Below are positions 56,011 through 64,000 of a stretch of 64,000 nucleotides of DNA, in pieces (the stretch's first letter is position 1; each line of letters opens with the position of its first letter). The stretch comes from Eledone cirrhosa (Eukaryota). The stretch lies in assembly GCA_964016885.1 (NCBI GenBank), contig OZ024749.1:2976001-3040000 (forward strand), given 5' to 3'. The notes under the pieces were generated by a model. That model made no database searches, was not told the origin of the DNA, and saw only the letters and a program-made list of their open reading frames with translations. Both the position numbers and the translations under genes were made by a program.

Positions 56011-56520
56011 AAGCAAATGAAATATAGCTATGATATTTTTTTATTTCATAACATTCTAACGAAGCTAATGAGATATTCCAACACCCTCCAGGAGAAACAC
56101 TGCGAAAGACAACATGAAATTTCTATATTATATATCATGTTTATTGTTGGTTATTTAACATATATATGCTTGCAGCATAAATGACATATGAAATAGTCAC
56201 TTTCCTTCCCATAATAGAGAATACAACAATTATTATTCTATCTATTCTTACTAATTCATAGAGCTAACATTTTGTATTTACATGTGAATTAATGTTGGGA
56301 AAATTTGACGCCATCGAAATGTAATTTCGATAAAACACTCCTTGCGTGCTGATAAATAGACACACGAACACAACTTACATATATAGAGAGATAGAAAACA
56401 TCATACACCATCACACTTGAGCAAACCGTCATCTTTATATGAAATAAATATACGTATATACAAACATAGAGGAATATATGCATGAATATATTAGATTATA
56501 TGTGTATATATATATATATA

Positions 56521-56860
56521 TGCAAAAGTTATATTTAAAGTTGTTGGGATACAACAAGTAAATATTTTTATAACTGATATAAAGCACTCGACACATTTTT
56601 GGAGTAGATATACGATATTAATAAATGGAAACTATATTTATAAAACCATATTTATTTCATTATACATATTTCAGGGATACCACATTAAATTAAAGTAATG
56701 GTTGTATTTTAAAGGGTACGTCAAACCTATTTGTAAAACTGTTATATATTGTATTTTGTCTGATGAAGGCATACCATAATTTAATGTGGTATCCCTGAAA
56801 TATGTATAATGAAATAAATATGGTTTTATAAATATAGTTTCCATTTATTAATATCGTATA
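56521..56860. mobile_element. Inverted-arm PLE 3'-end element with hammerhead 56752-56816 (+)
   Basis: Arms 56607-56692 / ~56776-56860; TATTTTGT-CTGATGA-AGGCATACCATA..TGTGGTATCCCT-GAAA-TATGTA-TA-ATGAAATA. Confidence 0.8.
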
Positions 56861-56869
56861 TATATATAT

Positions 56870-56911
56870 ATCCAGAAACGTTTAATTCGTATGATATCAT
56901 TCGTATGAACG

Positions 56912-56943
<32 letters not shown>

Positions 56944-56957
56944 CATACATACATATA

Positions 56958-56995
<38 letters not shown>

Positions 56996-57010
56996 GATAT
57001 ATGTATGTAC

Positions 57011-57065
<55 letters not shown>

Positions 57066-57081
57066 CATACATGCATATATC

Positions 57082-57147
<66 letters not shown>

Positions 57148-57160
57148 GATATATGTATGC

Positions 57161-57230
<70 letters not shown>

Positions 57231-57272
57231 GTACATACGAATGATATCATACGAATTAAACGTTTCTGGATA
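56870..57272. repeat. ~38-bp inverted repeats flanking a TA array
   Basis: ATCCAGAAACGTTTAATTCGTATGATATCATTCGTATG and its reverse complement at ~57234-57271. Confidence 0.8.
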
Positions 57273-57492
57273 TGCAGAATTCATGTCTATATATAATAAA
57301 GATACCAACGTACTGAGTTCATTTTGTGACTGTGGTTATTTCACCACACACTCAGAAATCTAACATTTTTTAAACATATATACATTTGTGTATATATCTA
57401 TATTTATATATAGAGAGCGATATCAAATGTTACTGTTAGAATCGTCTAACTTCATGAAACGTCGGGTACTGGAATAATTACATTGTGTTGTT

Positions 57493-57565
<73 letters not shown>

Positions 57566-57624
57566 TATATATATATATATATAAAAATATATATATATAT
57601 ATATAAAAATATATATATATAAAA

Positions 57625-57658
<34 letters not shown>

Positions 57659-57670
57659 ATATATATAAAA

Positions 57671-57704
<34 letters not shown>

Positions 57705-57784
57705 ATATATAAAAATATATATATATATATATATAAAAATATATATATATAAAAATATATATATATATATATTTATATATAGAT

Positions 57785-58238
57785 TTATATCCTTCGATTT
57801 TAACATTAGCATTAATCTTTAATAACATCAAATGTTCGTGTACCTTTCACCGACTTGACCTCTTTTCATCCCCAAAGTAATCTTTTCATTCAAAATACTC
57901 ATTCCATTCAAAACTGAAGTCTGGACTCCTCTACCCCTAAATTAAATTTCTACTACTACTATTCTATCAACTTGATCACTTACTACTTTTCTATTGGTCA
58001 ATTCAAAACATGTTCCCAAACAGACCAATTATGTTAAATTTTGTTGTTTTTTTTCAATAAACAAATATCATTATTTCTCAAGACAGCATATATATGTGAA
58101 GGTATGTATATTTCCTCTGATAGTTTCTAAATTTTTACATAGATCTATATGACATACATACAAACACGATACCTAGAAACGATCGTAAAATGATGAATTT
58201 TTTAATATAAGGAACTTGTTCTTTGTTTTTATTCGTTG

Positions 58239-58242
<4 letters not shown>
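57785..58242 (+). mobile_element. Diverged relative of the 28927-36131 family 3' end with decayed hammerhead (58070-58194)
   Basis: ATTATTT-CTCAAGA...CCTA-GAAA-CGATCG-TA-AAATGAT; downstream TTAATATAAGGAA shared. Confidence 0.7.
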
Positions 58243-58325
<83 letters not shown>

Positions 58326-58359
58326 TTATATAAATATATATATATATAAGTATATATAT

Positions 58360-58470
<111 letters not shown>

Positions 58471-58482
58471 TATATAAATATA

Positions 58483-58587
<105 letters not shown>

Positions 58588-58589
58588 CA

Positions 58590-58646
58590 ATGTAAGTATG
58601 TATGTATACGTACATACATATATGTATACAGACGTACAGTAGCATG

Positions 58647-58704
<58 letters not shown>

Positions 58705-59357
58705 TATACATACAGGTACACATACATATATGTACGCATCAGTTTAGCGGACGCTTATTATAGCGCCCGCTTTGTTCGTTTGTAAACAAACTGAACAGCC
58801 TGAATTTATGCCGCCCGGTGTTAAGGCAACCACGTCACCTTTTTGTTCAACACTGGCACAGTAACGATGTACTAGTTTCAAGCTTGTTAGCTATCATCAG
58901 CACCGTATACCCATCTGCCAGATAGTTGAACGTTCGAAAGTATATACTTTCCATATGAAAATTAACGGCTGAGCAGCCTAATTTGCATATCGAGTGAGTT
59001 AAATCGGTCAGGCGCACCGAAAACGATGAGTTGTAATAAAATGAAAACTAAATTTCATTTCTCACTCTTAGCGCGGCACTTACTTAAATGTAAGTATGTA
59101 TGTATACGGACATACATATATGTATACAGACGTACAGTAGCATGCACACATATATATATATATATACATATATATACATACAGGTACACATACATATATG
59201 TACGCATCAGTTTAGCGGACGCTTATTATAGCGCTCGCTTTGTTCATTTGTAAACAAACTGAACAGCCTGAATTTATGCCGCACGGTGTTAAGGCAACCA
59301 CGTCACCTTTTTGTTCAACACTGGCGCAGGAACGATGTACTAGTTTCATGCTTGTTA
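58590..59357 (-). mobile_element. Retrozyme-like tandem: direct repeats ~58590-58889 and ~59089-59357, period ~468 bp, hammerhead 58865-58905 (-)
   Basis: Minus strand CGGTG-CTGATGA-TAGCT-AACA-AGCTT-GAAA-CTAG-TA-CATCG; the second copy is cut inside stem II by (TA)n. Confidence 0.8.
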
Positions 59358-59380
59358 TATATATATACTTATATATATAA

Positions 59381-59422
<42 letters not shown>

Positions 59423-59433
59423 GTATTTATATA

Positions 59434-59612
<179 letters not shown>

Positions 59613-59633
59613 ATGTTTGAATATGTATAATAA

Positions 59634-61880
59634 AGCCAAAACAATGCAGGTATGGACATAGAATAAAGAATGCAAATGCAAAAGTTATTGTTGATAAGTT
59701 ATCTTTTACTTTAGATTTATTTAAATGTCCTTAATTTTCGAGATAATATCTCTTCTTCGGAGGGAAGTAAAGTGGCTAAACCATTGTTCTAAATAGCATG
59801 CCAAGTCATGCTGACAGGAAATGGTATAGAGTATCTGTTCTATCTCTAATGACAAAGAGTTAAGGTTAGGTGGATAAAGATTAGTCTTCCTTTAAAAGGT
59901 TTTTTTTTGTGCATGCATGTTTAAGTGTGTGGGAGAATGTGTGAGGTTTAAGTATGTGTGTGTGTGTGTGTGAGTAGTGAGAATATATGTCTATACGTAT
60001 ATGTGGGGGATAGTTTTTTTCTCGTGTTAGAACTGGTCTTTGTGTGTGTATGTGTGTGTGCGACAGAGAATAAGTGGAGGTGTGTGTGTGTGCGTGTGTG
60101 TGGGAGGGGGGGCGTAAATATGGGGCTAGATGCCATATCAAGTTATAAATTGGGTGTTGAGTTCTAGTCTATTATTGATTGGTGGTTGTGTTTTGTCTAT
60201 AATTAGTGCTTCCTTAATTCTAAGATTGCCGAGGTTTATTTCCTTTGTTTCTATCCTAACTGTTATGGTTTTGTCGGTGTTTTAGCATTAAACTAGATGT
60301 TTCTTAAATGAGGAAGCGTTAGTATTGAGGTGTTCTTTTATTCTTATGTGGAGTGGTCTGGTGGTGCTACCTACGTAGAAGTTGTTGCATTTGTCGCACT
60401 CTAGTCTGTATAGACGTAAGCCTGGTGGCATAGGTCTGTGTCGTTGATGGGTCAGTTGGCTAGCCTGCAGCGGTTGTCATGTCTGGTGGAGTGTCTTTTG
60501 GTTAGCTGTCCGCGTAGAGAAGGACCTGAGTGGGCCAGTTGGTTATCTAGTCCCTCTCGTCTGATAGCTCTGCGGATGGCTGTTGTTGTTTTGTCACTGA
60601 AGTGTGGGAGCTTCAGGAAGCAAGTGTTAGTGCCTCAGGTGTGGTGTCCTCTGTTCTTTCTGGCACGGTTTGTGGTGTTTGTCGTGTATCCGTTCAGTTT
60701 GAGTACTTCCAGGAAATGTATGGTGTGTGTGTCTCGGTCTCTAGCGTCGGTGCATTTGTTTCGGATACGTGTAGTTCGTTCCTTATGTATCCGTAGTTAG
60801 CGCTGGCTGGGAGGGCCGATCTGAAATGTACGAAAATGTCCCTGCTGGTGGCTTTTTTTACAGAAGCAAGTGTGGATGTTGCCTTCCTCTGTTACCCTGA
60901 GTTGGAAGTCCAGTAGGGATAGGGATCCGCGGTCATCGGGTGTTCCATTTAAACTTTATACTGGCGTCCATGCTGGAGAAAGTTGTGTATATTTTATCCG
61001 CCTCCTCACGGGATGATGTAAGGATGAGTATCTCATCTACATATCGGGTGAAGAAGGTATGGGAATGGCAGGTGTTGAGGGCTCGGCATTCTATCTGGTT
61101 CATATAGGTGATGGCCAGCAGGCCCGATAGGCTGGATACCATGGGTAATCCTGTTGTCTGTCTGTATGTGTGGTGGTGGAAGGTGAAGTACGTGTTGTCC
61201 ACAGTGAAGGACAAAAGCTGGTGTATGTCCGTCGGAAGGAGGCCGTAGCAGTGGATGTCCTCTGCGACCACGCAGACCTTCAATAAATCGACAGCTGGAT
61301 GAGCGGGAACTGTAGTGTAGAGGGAGACAACGTCGAGGCTAAAGCGTATCTATTCAGTTTAAGTTGTTCTGGCTGGAGTTGGTGTAGTCTACGTATAACT
61401 TCGTCGGAGCTACTGACATGCCCGGGAAAGGTGGAGAGTAGAGGCTTTAGGACCTGGGAGAGAGGCCAGGAAATTGTGTATAGGGGTCCTTTTATGCTAG
61501 AAACGATGGGTCTTATTTGTGTCTTAGTACTATTCTTGTGGGTCTTGATGAGGTGGTAGAAAGTGGGCAGTCTGTTATTTCTAGTGGTGTAGTTGGGCTT
61601 AACTTTATTTGGGAGTTGTCTTCTCTTACAGATGTCGATCGAACCAGATAGAGTTGGTCTGTTTTTCGATCTGGGCTGCAGTCATGTCCGGGATCTCTGT
61701 ATATAATTCATGTCGCTAAGGTGTTCAAAGGATAGGTTGTTGTATGTGGCTTGAGAGATGACGCAAAACTCTTTACCTTTGTCGGATGGTAAGTATATAA
61801 GTTCCCTATTCCGTAGGTTCTTCAGAGAGAGTTGTTGTGTCCTGGAGAGGTTTGGGGCTATCTTCTTCTGTATTTAATAT
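59634..61880 (-). mobile_element. PLE (Penelope/Poseidon-like) RT plus GIY-YIG pseudogene with 3' UTR
   Basis: Minus strand YLPSDKGKEF, LPTFYHLIKTHK..IRPIVSS, SLDVVSLYT, YRQTTGLPMVSSLS, TRYVDEI, VYRLECDKCNNFYVGSTTRPLHIRIKEH, LRIKEALII. Confidence 0.9.
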
Positions 61881-61915
61881 CTTACGCAAACAGAAGAAGA
61901 TAGCCCCAAACCTCT

Positions 61916-61986
61916 ATAGATAGCGATAACATAGGGGATGAACTAACCGGTAGACACAACCCGGGAGGGACACCTGATCCAACATA

Positions 61987-62052
<66 letters not shown>

Positions 62053-62925
62053 ACACAGACGACAGAATAGGACAAGGTCTAAGACAATTCCGTGGTTTAA
62101 CGCGTCGTATTCGAAGCATGTATGCAACAACGTTCCAGGCCTCTTCTTCGGAGCGTTGGACGAGTGCTTCCCGCCATCGAACAGATACCACAGGATAATC
62201 AACCGCCACACAGTGAAGTCCTCCTTCTCCTTGGCCAAAACCAATTCGGTGAAGTTGGGGAAACTCGACCGCCAACTGCGGCAGACACCTGGAGGCCCAC
62301 TTGGAGACAGGGCTTTCAACTATGGTCCGGTCCCCACAATGGCCGGCACACCTGTGGAAGACGCAGTAATCGGCTACCAGGTGGAACTAAATGACGGAGG
62401 GAAGCATACCGGACCGACAGAACAACACCCAGAGAATCGCGGGAACGCCGTAATACGGCCAGGACGCAGCGTAAGGAATGAGCAACATAACGACGGAGAA
62501 TGCAACAGTCCGCACACAATGCCCTCTGCAGGGAAGATGCCTAACGAAGGGCGTAGTTTATAAATGTGTGGTTAGCACGCACAACACCAAGCGCAACTAC
62601 ATCGGCGCAGCATCGACGACCTTTAAACCGGGGATGTACAATCACACAAACTCTTTCAAGGACAGGAGCAAGAGACACTCCACTAGGCTGGTTGACCTAA
62701 TATGTGACTTGAAGGACACCAGCACCCCGTATGATCTCAACCGGAAAATCGTTCAACATGCCAGTGCATATTCGGCCGGCGAGAGGAAGTGCAGGCTATG
62801 CCTCTCCGAGGCCATGGAGATAGTGTGATTAAAGGATGACGCAGTCAACCTGAAATCGGAGATTATCATGACATGCAGACACCAGAGAAGGTGCACATTC
62901 TCCGAATAGGCACCACCGGAGGGCC
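61916..62925 (+). pseudogene. Hydra-clade-like PLE linker plus GIY-YIG without RT, preceded by (ACT)n
   Basis: KTIPWFNASYS..FPPSNRYHRIINRHTVKSSFS; QCPLQGRCLTKGVVYKC..YIGAAS..CRLCLSE..NLKSEIIMTCRH; frameshift and stop. Confidence 0.85.
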
Positions 62926-63109
62926 CAAACTGAAGACATAGGGGAAGCGGACGTTAGTCGGGGTGGCGTCGCGGGTCCAAGAGAACCGACACCATTGATG
63001 ACTATGTATGCCCTGTGGGGTAGGTCGACACAATCAATGCTGCCCATCAGACTCTGCACCTCATCTTAAACAGCGACGTCATATTTCATCAAAATTTGCC
63101 ACTTTTAAA

Positions 63110-63670
63110 CTTGACATCACGGGTGTGAATAACTAATGAACGTTTGGTAGACGCCATGATCCGACGGATGTGGCGGCTTTCCCGATTGAACGCCAGGCGC
63201 TCGGGTCGATCAGCCTTCCTAGAGCGCTTGGAAAAATAAATTTCCCCTTCTTTCGGTAAACGAAAATACACGGAACGGCTGTTTCACCCTAGGGCCTTGT
63301 CACAGCTTGGAATCCAACGTGCCACCGCTTATTGACCGCCAAACAGTAATTTTAAATTCTAAGCTTAATCATAACTTTAAATGTTATCATGCCTCCTTCT
63401 ACTAGCACTTTAACTAAATCGCCCACCAGTGTGAATAACTAATAATCGTTTGGTATATACGGTAACCAACCGGCGGTGGCGGACTTCCCGCTAGCTACTC
63501 CGACGCTTAAGTCAGTTAACATTCCTGGAGTGCTCGGAAAAATAAATTTCCCTTTCTTTCTCTAGACGAAAATACTCGGAACGAATGACACGCCATTGGG
63601 CACCGGGTGGATCTGGAATCCGAAGCGTCGCTGGTTACTGTCGGATAAGCATGGGTTTAAACTTTACTTT
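63110..63670 (+). repeat. Two diverged direct repeats (period ~307 bp) downstream of the endonuclease
   Basis: GTGTGAATAACTAAT..CGTTTGGTA and GGAAAAATAAATTTCCC..ACGAAAATAC.CGGAACG at ~63123/63231 and ~63429/63536. Confidence 0.7.
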
Positions 63671-64000
63671 ATATTCTACCATGAAACTTTATCGTGGCCA
63701 ATACACTTAACCTTTTCATAAACGCCTCCTTCTGTAAATTATTTAAATAAATCTCCCAACTTTAAACCTAAATCTTACTTTTTTAATCTAATCTTAAATG
63801 ACATCTTTTAATTCTAATCATAAATTTTACATTTCTAATTGTTACTCGTAATTTCCGACCCTACAATATACTGTGCTGACGCCCACTATATATTAATATA
63901 TATAGCTTTGTTAAAGATATATGTTTTTTGAAAAAAATATATTTCGTACCACTTACTAGCACCACTGACCAGCTTGATGTAACCTGATCCTACCCCTGGC

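Overview
AT-rich eukaryotic, gene-poor DNA, most likely from an octopod cephalopod (octopus-type tRNA-derived SINEs, very dense (TA)n/(CA)n microsatellites). No host protein-coding exon can be supported. The window is dominated by Penelope-like retroelements (PLEs) of several lineages inserted into (TA)n arrays: RT/GIY-YIG remnants, many short fold-back (palindromic) 3' ends, and at least 12 families of minimal type I hammerhead ribozymes, most with a palindromic stem III. It also holds a 7.2-kb near-perfect hairpin element with an uninterrupted GIY-YIG ORF in its loop, two retrozyme-like tandem units, SINEs, RTE-type LINE fragments, an ORF1-only element in (TATC)n and a non-autonomous Helitron. 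The most striking signal is a ~104-nt structured RNA motif in three diverged copies (556-659, 24414-24518, 40580-40681). It carries the hammerhead core elements in a non-circularly permuted order and has several helices supported by compensatory changes. All alignments and folds were done by eye; element boundaries are approximate.
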